From Actinomycetes bacterium (lineage in GTDB: Bacteria; Actinomycetota; Actinomycetes; Nanopelagicales; Nanopelagicaceae): DNA of 40,191 nt. The notes below the pieces were generated by a model, which had not been told where the DNA came from, did no database searches, and saw only the letters and a list, made by a program, of their open reading frames with translations. The stretch lies in contig JAYVUF010000302.1 in NCBI GenBank assembly GCA_043788135.1, positions 1 through 40,191 of the forward strand. The letters are read 5' to 3'. Positions 31,643-40,191 of the stretch are shown here, in pieces. Every line of letters starts with the position of its first letter. Position 1 is the stretch's first letter. A program made the translations under genes and the position numbers.

Positions 31643-32044
31643 ATGACCATTCAAGTAAGTGTAGGGATACGAAACGCCTGGATCAATGCAATTGAGGCGA
31701 CTGTGGGCACAAGCCCAAAGCTTGAGTTGCGAACTGGGGCTCAAGAAGCTAACTGCGCCGCTGCAGCTTCGGGAACCTTGCTTGCAACTCTTTCGGTCCC
31801 TTCTGATTGGCAGACTGCCGGCTCTTCAGGGGGAGGGCTTATCAACAACAATCCTTGGACTGGCACTGTCTCGACCGGAGGAACGGCTGCCCACTTTCGA
31901 CTAACAGACACTGCTGGAACAACCTGCCACATGATTGGCTCAGTGGGCCTTGCCAGCGGCGACCTTGCATTAGACAACAATGTTCTTGTTGCCGCCCAAA
32001 CCCTCAACATAAACACTTGGACCACTACGGCAGGTAATGCCTGA
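31643..32044 (+). CDS. Hypothetical virion-module protein (133 aa)
   Basis: Intact and coupled (TGATG). G/T/A-rich, beta-like sequence. Confidence 0.5.
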   Translation: MTIQVSVGIRNAWINAIEATVGTSPKLELRTGAQEANCAAAASGTLLATLSVPSDWQTAGSSGGGLINNNPWTGTVSTGGTAAHFRLTDTAGTTCHMIGSVGLASGDLALDNNVLVAAQTLNINTWTTTAGNA

Positions 32045-33141
32045 TGGCAACCAAACTGTTCTTCCATGCTGCAAACAATGCCCTTTCGGGTACGTTTCCG
32101 ACTGGGGAGCAATCCACCTTCACCGCTGATTGGAATTGTGCAAATGCTTCAACTTTAAAAGTGATGGATTTGACAGCCGGGGTTTCGCAAACTAGCCGGG
32201 CTGGTACTACCTCCGCCATAGTTTCCTCGCAGAGGGGATTTTTAGGCTTCTTCTGCACCGACACCTTTGATGTGAATCAGACTGTTGGCGGCGGAGGTCA
32301 AACGCTTACCCTCAATATTGCTCACTCAATAAGCGACATAACCGCTAATATTGGGGCTAGTTTGTCCGCTAACGTTTACGTCTGGCGGCCTTCAACCGGG
32401 GTTGTAGTAGGAACAATATGCGCTAACTTAAACCTTTCGGGAGATGCTAATGCTACCTCAACCGGAGAATTGTGTGACCGAGGAACTTCAATCTCCACCA
32501 CACTTGTAAATGCCTTGGCCGGAGACGTTCTCATCTGCGAAGCTTGGCACACATTTAGTCAGACCTCGGCCACAGCGTTAGACTTTGTTTTCTACTTTGA
32601 TGGCACTACGCAAAACAATGTTTCAAACACCAGCGTATCAAATCATGCCTCTTACCTGAATCTTTCTGCGGATACTTTGACATTTGGTACTCCAGTTTCC
32701 ACCCTTAACGGGGATTTTGCGGCAACCTTAGCTGCTGAATCTCTTGCAGCTTCTGGCAGCGTGGTTGTTTCAGGAACTTTTGTTGCCAATCTCTCTGACT
32801 TCTCTTTGAGTGCAGCAGGAATAGTTGCTGACCCCATTATCTACGTGGGTAACTTTTCGGCAACTTTAGCTCCCTTCGCCTTCTCTTCTAGTGGGTCTAA
32901 GACTTTACTAGGATCTAGCCAATCAGGTGGTGGTGGTGGTGGAAAAGACTATGGGCACATTCCTTCCAGGTCCTCAAATCGAGCCTTTACTAAGTTGCTG
33001 GACAATGAGTTTAAGCCTAAAAGAAAGCCCAGAGTTGTCGCTCAAAAACCGGCTGTAAAACCTACTCCAATCTTGCTTCCTAAGCCTGAAGAAGAGAGGG
33101 AAGAAGACTACTCCATACTCCTCCTACTGGCGGTTCTCTAA
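32044..33141 (+). CDS. Hypothetical virion-module protein (365 aa) with three ~18-aa repeats, a Gly6 run, a K/P-rich tail and a hydrophobic C-terminus
   Basis: GDFAATLAAESLAASGS / GTFVANLSDFSLSAAGI / GNFSATLAPFAFSSSGS; SGGGGGGK; KPKRKPRVVAQKPAVKPTPILLPKPEEEREEDYSILLLLAVL. Confidence 0.55.
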   Translation: MATKLFFHAANNALSGTFPTGEQSTFTADWNCANASTLKVMDLTAGVSQTSRAGTTSAIVSSQRGFLGFFCTDTFDVNQTVGGGGQTLTLNIAHSISDITANIGASLSANVYVWRPSTGVVVGTICANLNLSGDANATSTGELCDRGTSISTTLVNALAGDVLICEAWHTFSQTSATALDFVFYFDGTTQNNVSNTSVSNHASYLNLSADTLTFGTPVSTLNGDFAATLAAESLAASGSVVVSGTFVANLSDFSLSAAGIVADPIIYVGNFSATLAPFAFSSSGSKTLLGSSQSGGGGGGKDYGHIPSRSSNRAFTKLLDNEFKPKRKPRVVAQKPAVKPTPILLPKPEEEREEDYSILLLLAVL

Positions 33142-33539
33142 TGAATATCCACATGCAAGGAAATTCCTGGAAAAAGGCCAAATACTACGTCTATGTTATT
33201 GCCAACAATGACGGAATTCATTATATTGGGGTGACTAATTGCCCCGAACGGAGGATTGCTCAACACAGGGATGGCTCGGGCGCAAGGTTTACTGCCAGGC
33301 AAAATTGCCGAGATTGGCAACTTCATTGGATGTGGTATTTTCCCACGTTCTCTCTTGCCCATAGATGGGAACAGGTTCTCCACAAATATACAAAAGCCGG
33401 GGTTGAAAAAGAGATTGAAGCTCATCCTGAAGTTGATGAATACGTTATGAGGAGACTGTCATTAATCCCGGAAACTCCATTTGACCTTATGACGGATAAG
33501 GAAAGAACCAAAGTCATTGCTCAGGGATTCAAGAAATGA
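33141..33539 (+). CDS. GIY-YIG nuclease-domain protein (132 aa)
   Basis: YYVYVIANNDGIHYIGVTNCPERRIAQHRDG matches the GIY...YIG...R..QH core. TAATG overlap upstream. Confidence 0.7.
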   Translation: MNIHMQGNSWKKAKYYVYVIANNDGIHYIGVTNCPERRIAQHRDGSGARFTARQNCRDWQLHWMWYFPTFSLAHRWEQVLHKYTKAGVEKEIEAHPEVDEYVMRRLSLIPETPFDLMTDKERTKVIAQGFKK

Positions 33540-33606
33540 GCAAGTCGGCGACCCATTCCTATATTAGACCGGGGATGGCCGTTATGGGGCAGGACAGACG
33601 AGGTTC

Positions 33607-33653
33607 TGTCAAGGGAGGAAGTGGAGGCCGTAAGGCCGGAACGACCCTTGACA
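33607..33653 (+). other. Branched hairpin in the 167-bp gap after the GIY-YIG gene
   Basis: tgtcaaggg / cccttgaca 9-bp stem enclosing ggcc-gtaa-ggcc. It is flanked on both sides by aggttct, and no T-run follows. Confidence 0.4.
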
Positions 33654-33706
33654 GGTTCTCGTTGGCCTGCAAACGTATGACATCCACTGTCTAATCTGGA
33701 ACTATA

Positions 33707-34363
33707 ATGACCCTTTACGAAGATGAATCTTTAGTCCAACAAGTAACCGATGAAGCTATTAAGGCAACCGGTTCACGTATACTTCAAATAGACAGGCTTG
33801 ACGAAGATGACATTACTCATGCCTCTTTGATGCTTGATTATTTCAAACCCTCTTTTGCCTCAAACTTTCTCGATCTAGCTTGTGGGTTAGGTCAAATAGC
33901 TTCTACCTTCAAACAGACTAGGCCTGATCTTTCAATAACCCTCAATAACATTAGTGCTTACCAACTTTCTCTATGCCCACCTTTTCCTAAAAACCATGCT
34001 TCTGCTGAAGCCACTCAACTTCCTTCACAAAATTTTGATTCTATAATGCTCAATTATGCGATAGGGCATTTTAACCTTCTAGAATTTATTGAAGAACTGG
34101 ATAGACTACTTACGCCTAATGGGGAATTCTTTCTTTATGATCTTTTCCCTACTTCTGTCGAAAATGGGCTCCATCTTATTGGGTATGAATCTGTAGATTT
34201 TCTTCAGCTAGTCAAGGATTTATCTATTAAAGGTATAAATCTGGTGTCTGTAAGAAAGGTTCTTCGAACCGATCCTGAATGGCATTCGAAGGTAGGAATT
34301 ACTCCCGAAATGCTGCATAATACAGAAACCATCATGGCGGTTTTCAAGAGAGGAGAGGCTTGA
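33707..34363 (+). CDS. Class I SAM-dependent methyltransferase (218 aa)
   Basis: Motif I FLDLACGLGQ. FDSIMLNYAIGHF and LLTPNGEFFLYD are typical of Methyltransf_11/25-like enzymes. No DPPY/NPPY or PC-type DNA-MTase motif. Confidence 0.6.
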   Translation: MTLYEDESLVQQVTDEAIKATGSRILQIDRLDEDDITHASLMLDYFKPSFASNFLDLACGLGQIASTFKQTRPDLSITLNNISAYQLSLCPPFPKNHASAEATQLPSQNFDSIMLNYAIGHFNLLEFIEELDRLLTPNGEFFLYDLFPTSVENGLHLIGYESVDFLQLVKDLSIKGINLVSVRKVLRTDPEWHSKVGITPEMLHNTETIMAVFKRGEA

Positions 34364-34758
34364 TGTCTTATGTATTAACATGTTCATGCACTGGGCGATT
34401 CATCAAGCATGATAAGCAAGGATCTTATTGCTCTGTTTGTAAGTCTCCGGCTTACATTAATACTAGCGTGAAAGCATCTTCAATGCGCCAGCTTGATGTA
34501 GACTATGATTGTCCTATAACTGGTAAACCCATCCGGTCCAAACATGCTCACGAAGAAAATCTCAAACTTCATGGAAAACATGTCTTGGAAAAGGGCGAGC
34601 TTGAAGATGCCAAACAGACTCGCGCACAAATCGAGGCAGACTTCGAAGACAAGCTTTGCGAAACTGCAGCTCAGCTTGTTCACGACCTACCCGAACCAAT
34701 GAAACAAGCCTTAGAACAAGAACTTCTCAACACCGAAACTAAAATCTCCAGAGGATAA
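34363..34758 (+). CDS. Hypothetical protein with an N-terminal Cys-rich (zinc-ribbon-like) segment (131 aa)
   Basis: TGATG overlap. CSC...CSVC within the first 27 aa. Confidence 0.5.
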   Translation: MSYVLTCSCTGRFIKHDKQGSYCSVCKSPAYINTSVKASSMRQLDVDYDCPITGKPIRSKHAHEENLKLHGKHVLEKGELEDAKQTRAQIEADFEDKLCETAAQLVHDLPEPMKQALEQELLNTETKISRG

Positions 34759-34763
34759 CCCAC

Positions 34764-35756
34764 ATGCCAGGCGAATTTGATTTTGAAGCAGTTTCCGACT
34801 CCATTGGCGGCGATCTTTTTGGTTCAAACGAGCTGGAAGAAAGTCTGAATGTACCAGGGCCGGATGAAACGGATATTGGCACTGAAGTTGAAGTAGAAGT
34901 CCCAGAAGTCAAGGCTGAGGAATCTGAAGCTCCTCTTGCCGAGACTCAAGAGGAAGAAACTTCTGCTCCAACAGGTGCCCCTAAAACCTGGCGCAAGGAA
35001 GCCCTAGCCGCTTGGGAAACCCTCCCTCAAGTAGTAAAGGACGAAGTTGCCAAGCGCGAAGAGGACATGTTCAAGGGGATCGAGACCTACAAACAAGGGG
35101 CTCAAATTGGGGAGAATTTCCGTCAAGTCATTGCGCCTCATATGGACCACTTGCAAAGGGCTGGAGTTAATCCCTACGAGGAAATTAATGGACTGCTGGA
35201 ATATGGCAAAATCATGCGCTTTGGCACTCAAGGCGAGCGTATGCAGCTATTATCATCCATTGCCCAAGAGTATGGCCTGGACCTTCTCGAATTGGCTGAA
35301 ACCGCTCCTGCGCAACCTTACGTAGACCCTCAAGTCAAAGCTTTACAAGATCGCATTAACACCTTAGAATCTACCCGTCAACAAGACGTTTCCCAACGTG
35401 AAGTTCAAGTTCGAAACGAAGCTCAAGCCCGGATTGACGCATTTGCAGCCAATCCAAAGAACGAGCATTTCCAAACCCTCGAACCTGAAATGGCCATTTT
35501 CATCAAAGCAAACCCTTCCATGACTTTGGAAGAAGCTTACGAAAAGGCACTTTGGGCAAACCCTGTAACCCGAGTTAAGGAACAACAACGTCAGACGGCG
35601 GAAACCTTAGCTAAGTCGAAGGCTCATGCGGAAGCTGCAAAGAAAGCTACCAGCGCAAACCTGAAGACTAATGCCCGCCCAGCGAGTGCGACCACTCCTC
35701 AAGGCAGCATGGATGACACGATGCGAGAAACCCTTGCAAACATTCATTCGCGCTAA
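34764..35756 (+). CDS. Scaffolding protein candidate (330 aa)
   Basis: Immediately upstream of the capsid gene. Very acidic N-terminus, with helical/coiled-coil Q/E/A/K-rich sequence. Confidence 0.6.
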   Translation: MPGEFDFEAVSDSIGGDLFGSNELEESLNVPGPDETDIGTEVEVEVPEVKAEESEAPLAETQEEETSAPTGAPKTWRKEALAAWETLPQVVKDEVAKREEDMFKGIETYKQGAQIGENFRQVIAPHMDHLQRAGVNPYEEINGLLEYGKIMRFGTQGERMQLLSSIAQEYGLDLLELAETAPAQPYVDPQVKALQDRINTLESTRQQDVSQREVQVRNEAQARIDAFAANPKNEHFQTLEPEMAIFIKANPSMTLEEAYEKALWANPVTRVKEQQRQTAETLAKSKAHAEAAKKATSANLKTNARPASATTPQGSMDDTMRETLANIHSR

Positions 35757-35776
35757 CCCTCTAGGAGTACGGCAAA

Positions 35777-36748
35777 ATGCCAAGTCCAAATGCAATCTTT
35801 ACGGAACTGGTTTCTACAACCTTCCGTAAACACGCCAAAGATGTAAAAGACAACGTTTCGAAGAACAATGCGCTTTGCCGTCGCTTGATGGACAAAGGTC
35901 AGCATCGGACTGAAGACGGCGGCTTGAGCATCGTCCAGGCTCTCGACTACCAAGCCAACGGAACCTATCAGCGCTATTCCGGCTATGATGTACTGAACAT
36001 CAGCGCCTCGGATGTAATCAGTGCTGCTGAATTCCAATGGCGCCAAATCGCAATCAACGTCGTGGCAAGCGGCGAAGAATTGCGTAAAAACTCCGGTGAC
36101 TCTCGCATTATCAATCTGGTAAAAAGCCGGATGAAGAATGCCATGCGGACTTTCAAAAATAACTTCTCGGCGGATCTTTATTCTGACGGTACTCTGCCGA
36201 ATCAGATTAACGGCTTGCAGGCCCTTGTAGCGGATACAGGTCTGGGAACAGTTGGTGGGATTGATTCCAGTGCCTTTCCGTTCTGGCGTAACATTGTGCA
36301 ATCGGCTGCGGCTCCGTTGCAAGGCGGTGGTGCAATTACCCCAAGCGCTACCACGATTGAAAGCTTGATGCTTCCTCTTTACTTACAACTGACTCGTGCG
36401 GACGATCAACCGGACTTGATCGTCGCTTCCAACGACTACTACACCTTCTTCGAAGCTTCGCAGACCAGCCTGAAACGTTACAATGACACCCAGGGCGGCA
36501 AAGCAGGTTTCGTCAGCTTGATGTACAAAAAGGCTGAAGTTGTGTTCGACGGAGGTTCGGGCATCCCAGACGCACACATGTACTTCCTCAACACCGATTA
36601 CATCGAACTCGTCGCGCATACTGACGCAGACCTCGAAGTAATGGATGAAATGAAGCCTTACAACCAAGACGCTGCCGTAGTTCCAATCCTCTGGATGGGT
36701 AACATGGTTGTCTCCAATCGTTCGCTTCAAGGCGTAATGAAAGCCTAA
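35777..36748 (+). CDS. Major capsid protein (323 aa)
   Basis: Position after the scaffold. ...GYDVLNISASDVISAAEFQWRQIAINVVASGEELRKNSG...LYSDGTLPNQINGLQALV...GGIDSSAFPFWRN matches the remembered capsid family of T7-order/BPP-1-like podoviruses. A terminator follows the next gene. Confidence 0.75.
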   Translation: MPSPNAIFTELVSTTFRKHAKDVKDNVSKNNALCRRLMDKGQHRTEDGGLSIVQALDYQANGTYQRYSGYDVLNISASDVISAAEFQWRQIAINVVASGEELRKNSGDSRIINLVKSRMKNAMRTFKNNFSADLYSDGTLPNQINGLQALVADTGLGTVGGIDSSAFPFWRNIVQSAAAPLQGGGAITPSATTIESLMLPLYLQLTRADDQPDLIVASNDYYTFFEASQTSLKRYNDTQGGKAGFVSLMYKKAEVVFDGGSGIPDAHMYFLNTDYIELVAHTDADLEVMDEMKPYNQDAAVVPILWMGNMVVSNRSLQGVMKA

Positions 36749-36758
36749 GGGGGCAATC

Positions 36759-37481
36759 ATGAACTATGCAGCAATTGATTCAATAATTGGCACTTACCAG
36801 CCCAACTTCGTCTACGCAGTGGATACCACTCAGCGAACTCGTACCGGTCTGTGTGTAGGCGCCATTGATACTTTTTGGGGTTATGCAGAATTCATCTACG
36901 CCAAAGCTACTGCAACAATTCCAATGGGTTCATTGTGCGATATGTTGAGCGTTCTCACTAACGGTGCTTATGAACTTCAAATGACTGCCCACCCGACCGG
37001 TGCGGCAAACTCCCCTCGCCCTATCGCTGTAGCTATGTCGGCAATGACTGTTGGGCAATTTGGGTGGTTCTGTACTCGTGGTTTGGTTCCTGTGGCCACT
37101 ACCACTACTGTAGCTGCTGGCTCTCCTTTCAGTTTCAGTCAAGTGACTGCGGGGCGGGCTCAAACTGCGGCTACAACCTTCAACATCTCAAACGCAGTAT
37201 CGGTTGCGGCTTCTGCTACCACAGTAGTCAAAACTGGCTGCAAAGGTAACGCTGGTGACTTCAACATCACCATCCCGAATGGCGAGGGTTGGTTCATTGG
37301 TTGCGTCTTGACTGGAACTGGTGTTGGAGCTTCTGCCCTTATCACCAACATCAGCCCTGATGGTCGTACCTGCACTGTGAGTGTGGCAAACGCTGCTGCT
37401 GTTACTGGAAGTGTTACCGCAACTTACACAGGCTACATCCTGGCTCAAATCAACTGCCCTGCCGGTACTCCAACCCCGTAA
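36759..37481 (+). CDS. Capsid decoration/cement protein candidate (240 aa): a DUF2190-like N-half plus a T/A/V/G-rich C-half
   Basis: Directly after the MCP. ATIPMGSLCDML...IAVAMSAMTVGQFGWFCTRGLVPV resembles the DUF2190 pattern. Confidence 0.45.
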   Translation: MNYAAIDSIIGTYQPNFVYAVDTTQRTRTGLCVGAIDTFWGYAEFIYAKATATIPMGSLCDMLSVLTNGAYELQMTAHPTGAANSPRPIAVAMSAMTVGQFGWFCTRGLVPVATTTTVAAGSPFSFSQVTAGRAQTAATTFNISNAVSVAASATTVVKTGCKGNAGDFNITIPNGEGWFIGCVLTGTGVGASALITNISPDGRTCTVSVANAAAVTGSVTATYTGYILAQINCPAGTPTP

Positions 37482-37525
37482 TCAAACCCTGGCAAGGATG
37501 CCTTCCTTCACATGCTGTGGGATTT

Positions 37526-37563
37526 AAGCCTCAAGGATTGTAGAGTTCTTGAGGCTTCTTTTT
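37526..37563 (+). terminator. Rho-independent terminator after the capsid/decoration genes
   Basis: aagcctcaag-12 nt-cttgaggctt (10-bp stem) followed by cttttt. Confidence 0.8.
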
Positions 37564-37584
37564 AACCAAAATGAGTAACTTTTG

Positions 37585-37833
37585 ATGCTATACAAAACGG
37601 TTGCTTATGCGGATTTCAAGATCATTTTTGGCGCAGTAGGAACGCTGGCTAAAGTCCTGGCTAACAGACAGGCAGCAGTAGGGGTTGGAGAAGTTACGCA
37701 AGTTGTCGGTATTACCTCCACCAATGACCAAGTTGTGTGTACAATGAATCCAGGAACTGGCCCAGCTTACGCTACCGTCCTGGCTGACTATCCTGCCGTT
37801 GTCCCTTGGACCGGCACTAATATTACATTCTAA
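37585..37833 (+). CDS. Hypothetical small virion-module protein (82 aa)
   Basis: ATG 37585 (the track start is TTG 37582). Intact ORF with a weak RBS. Confidence 0.45.
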   Translation: MLYKTVAYADFKIIFGAVGTLAKVLANRQAAVGVGEVTQVVGITSTNDQVVCTMNPGTGPAYATVLADYPAVVPWTGTNITF

Positions 37834-37855
37834 TAAACCTTCGGAGACTCCCACC

Positions 37856-38503
37856 ATGACTATCGGAATTGCAGAAGACCTTCCCCCCTATGTTGTATTT
37901 GAAACCAGAGCGGAAGAGGATCGGCAAGCCTCCATTGAATCTGGCAAGCAGGTTTACAAAGATGTGGATTTTGCAATCATTACGCCAAGGGGTTCGAAGG
38001 ATCGAATCGAACGGGTTGTTAGTGAATGGTTGGCTCATATTGAGCGTGAGAGCCGCCAAGACAGATTTGACCCAAGGTGGGTTGCCGGCTACAAGGCAAA
38101 CTACCAACTATGGAAAGATGGGCAGGAAGTTCCTCCGACTGGCACTCCACTTAAAACTTGGCCTGGCATCAGTCCCGCTCAGTTGAAGAATTTCAACAAC
38201 TTCAATGTTCGCTCTGTGGAAGACGTTGCCAGTGCCAACGAAGAAACCCTTGCTCGCATGGGTCAAGGGGCTCGGGATCTGCAAAAACGAGCCAAAGACT
38301 ATCTCAAGACTTCCGAATCAGTAGGCAAAGTGGCTGAACAATTCAGCGCCCTCAAAGCCGACAATGACAGACTGGCTTCCCGCAACGAAGAACTTCAAGG
38401 CAAATTGGACGAACTTGTACGCCGTCTAACGTACCTTGAAACAGGGGGATTGGGTGCTTCTGCTCAGTCTGATCCAGAATCACGAGATGTGGATTTCAGC
38501 TAA
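37856..38503 (+). CDS. Hypothetical virion-module protein with a C-terminal coiled coil (215 aa)
   Basis: Start trimmed to ATG 37856 after GGAG. ALKADNDRLASRNEELQGKLDELVRRLTYLE. Confidence 0.5.
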   Translation: MTIGIAEDLPPYVVFETRAEEDRQASIESGKQVYKDVDFAIITPRGSKDRIERVVSEWLAHIERESRQDRFDPRWVAGYKANYQLWKDGQEVPPTGTPLKTWPGISPAQLKNFNNFNVRSVEDVASANEETLARMGQGARDLQKRAKDYLKTSESVGKVAEQFSALKADNDRLASRNEELQGKLDELVRRLTYLETGGLGASAQSDPESRDVDFS

Positions 38504-39222
38504 TGGCTATTACCCTCCTTCAAGTCGCCCGAGATTTTTGCTCCCGTACGGGGCTCCGAGTCCCTACGGCAGTAGCAAGTTCTCCAGACGTTACCAATCA
38601 GCAAATCATGGCCCTTCTTAACGAAGTCCTTGAAGAACTCGTTGACCGTTTTGTCTTCGAGGAGCTAATCAATGAAACCACTTTTACAACCACAGTATTG
38701 GAAAACCAAGGCTCTATATACGCAATTGCGCCTAACGGTTTTGATCGCATCATTGACGATACGATTTATGATCGTACGCAGAAGATTCCAATCTATGGAC
38801 CTATTGGACCCCAGGCTTGGCAGCAGGCTAAAGCGTTTGTCCCTATTGGACCTTTGTATCGGTTTAGAATTCGTGGTGGTAATCTTCTCTTTAACCCTGT
38901 TGCGGCTGCTGGTCATACTTGTGCTTTTGAGTATATTAGTAAGAACGTAATTCAAGACCCTATTGGCGGGGGTTATAAGGCGGCTTTTACCCTCGACACA
39001 GATTCTTTCATTCTTAATTCTAGACTTTTGACCCAAGGTTTAAGGTGGAAATGGAAGTGCGAAAAAGGTCTCCCTTATGCGCAGGAAAAGGATTTGTGGG
39101 AGACCTCTTGTTTGAATGAGGCGGGCAGGAGCGGGGGTAAAAAGACCCTAAGAATGGATGGGGATTGTCAGGATGGAATCATGCCGGTCATTATCGTGTC
39201 TCCGGGGAGTTGGCCATTGTGA
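38503..39222 (+). CDS. Head-tail adaptor / tail-tubular-A-like structural protein candidate (239 aa)
   Basis: TAATG overlap upstream. Assigned from its position before the 519-aa protein and its general resemblance to podovirus adaptor-position proteins. Confidence 0.45.
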   Translation: MAITLLQVARDFCSRTGLRVPTAVASSPDVTNQQIMALLNEVLEELVDRFVFEELINETTFTTTVLENQGSIYAIAPNGFDRIIDDTIYDRTQKIPIYGPIGPQAWQQAKAFVPIGPLYRFRIRGGNLLFNPVAAAGHTCAFEYISKNVIQDPIGGGYKAAFTLDTDSFILNSRLLTQGLRWKWKCEKGLPYAQEKDLWETSCLNEAGRSGGKKTLRMDGDCQDGIMPVIIVSPGSWPL

Positions 39223-40191
39223 AAAAGCCTTCTTATCGCCCTGTCAACCAAGCTGGTTCGGAATCCTCTTCTGGAAGCGCTGCTGCCCCTGTAGGGGGTT
39301 GGAATACTCGCGATGCCATAGCTAACATGAGTCAAACGGATGCGGTAATTCTAGACAATTTCTATCCATCTTCGACTAGTGTGGATTTACGCCGAGGAAG
39401 CCAGACTTGGGCTACAGGATTTTCGACCCGAATTCAGACCTTAATGGATTATGCTTCAGGGTCTTTGAAGAAGTTATTTGGGGCAGATTCCACAGGGATT
39501 TATGATATTACGGTTGCAGGGGCTATTGGGGCAGCAGCTACAACTCTTACCAATGGTTATTGCCAATTTGTAAACTTCTCCACTCCGGCTGGATCTTTTC
39601 TTTTAAGCGTTAATGGGTTGGATAAATTAAAACTCTTTGATGGCACTACTTGGACAACCATTGACAACCTAAGTACCCCAGCTATTACCAACCTAGCCAC
39701 TACCTCCATAATCAACATTTCTTCATTCAAGAATCGAATTTGGTTTGTAGAAAAAAATAGTCTTAATGTTTGGTATTTGCCTGTAGCTTCAATTGGTGGG
39801 GCTGCTACTAAATTTCCCCTTAGTGGTCTTTTCACTCGTGGGGGGTATCTCATGAGTATGGCTACTTGGACCATTGATGGTGGGGGCGGTGTAGACGATT
39901 TTGCCGTATTCGCGACTTCAGAGGGGGAAATTGCCGTCTATCAAGGGACTGACCCTTCAGGTCCGGAAACTTGGGGCTTAGTTGGTATCTTCTATATCGG
40001 GGAACCTCTTGGTCGTAGATGTTTTACGAAGTACGGAGGTGATCTTCTCTATTTGTGTAAGCAAGGTCTGTTCCCCCTTTCCAGGGCTTTGCAGTCAGCT
40101 AGTGTTGAACGGACTATTGCACTTTCTGATAAGATTAATCCAACTTTTAGTGAATCAGCTTCTTTGTATGGATCAAATCTTGGATGGCAAA
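39219..40191 (+). CDS. N-terminal part of the 519-aa junction-spanning virion/tail protein (continues at 100-686 once the overlap is collapsed)
   Basis: GTG 39219 in a GTGA overlap with the upstream stop. The frame stays open to the end of the window. The last 99 nt duplicate 1-99. Confidence 0.6.
   Translation, partial: MKKPSYRPVNQAGSESSSGSAAAPVGGWNTRDAIANMSQTDAVILDNFYPSSTSVDLRRGSQTWATGFSTRIQTLMDYASGSLKKLFGADSTGIYDITVAGAIGAAATTLTNGYCQFVNFSTPAGSFLLSVNGLDKLKLFDGTTWTTIDNLSTPAITNLATTSIINISSFKNRIWFVEKNSLNVWYLPVASIGGAATKFPLSGLFTRGGYLMSMATWTIDGGGGVDDFAVFATSEGEIAVYQGTDPSGPETWGLVGIFYIGEPLGRRCFTKYGGDLLYLCKQGLFPLSRALQSASVERTIALSDKINPTFSESASLYGSNLGWQ
40093..40191. repeat. Right copy of the 99-bp terminal overlap
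   Basis: Identical to bases 1-99 by direct comparison. Confidence 0.95.

Noticed and set aside
33540-33706. tRNA or group I intron remnant next to the GIY-YIG gene
   Set aside because: I could draw no cloverleaf with a T-loop (GTTCRANYC). The flanking genes are intact and the upstream one is stop-start coupled, so there is no split exon to splice.

Overview
This window is a complete tailed-phage genome. Bases 1-99 are identical to 40093-40191, so it closes into a 40,092-bp circle, and one structural gene (39219 -> 686) spans the junction. The layout is podovirus-like, with a T7-type order of late genes but no phage RNA polymerase. Two divergent arms leave a ~0.7-kb non-coding control region (26151-26876). 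The rightward arm (26877 -> junction -> 9399) encodes small terminase, a Q/G-rich ORF, large terminase, portal, two unknown virion-module proteins, a GIY-YIG nuclease, a class I methyltransferase, scaffold, major capsid and a decoration-like protein. It continues with adaptor- and nozzle-like proteins, a GNAT-like gene, three internal-virion-protein candidates (one with a lytic transglycosylase domain), an embedded APS/PAPS-reductase-like gene, a tail fibre and a lysis cassette. The leftward arm (26150 -> 9444) starts with about 30 small, tightly coupled early ORFs (ATGA/TAATG/GTGA overlaps). These include two diverged paralog pairs, a 45-aa hyper-acidic ORF, an ORF ending in an SSB-like tail and an Ala-rich triplet-repeat protein. 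It then encodes a recombination/replication module: Cas4-like exonuclease, minimal nucleotidyltransferase, Sak4-like ATPase, DUF669-like protein, a UDG-like::family-A DNA polymerase fusion, an HNH-AP2 endonuclease and a DUF3987-like P-loop helicase. The arms converge on a bidirectional hairpin terminator at 9421-9445. I found no tRNA, CRISPR array, reverse transcriptase, integrase or repressor. The items most worth a second look are listed here.
- A gene pair that only makes sense through a +1 shift at an A5/AGA site.
- A domain-like gene split by one in-frame TAA.
- The acidic mini-ORF and the SSB-tail protein.
- A GC-rich, promoter-equipped island in the early arm.
- The repeat-, homopolymer- and C-rich control region.
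- Enzyme genes embedded among virion genes.
All family names come from motif recognition by eye and need HMM or structure searches to confirm.
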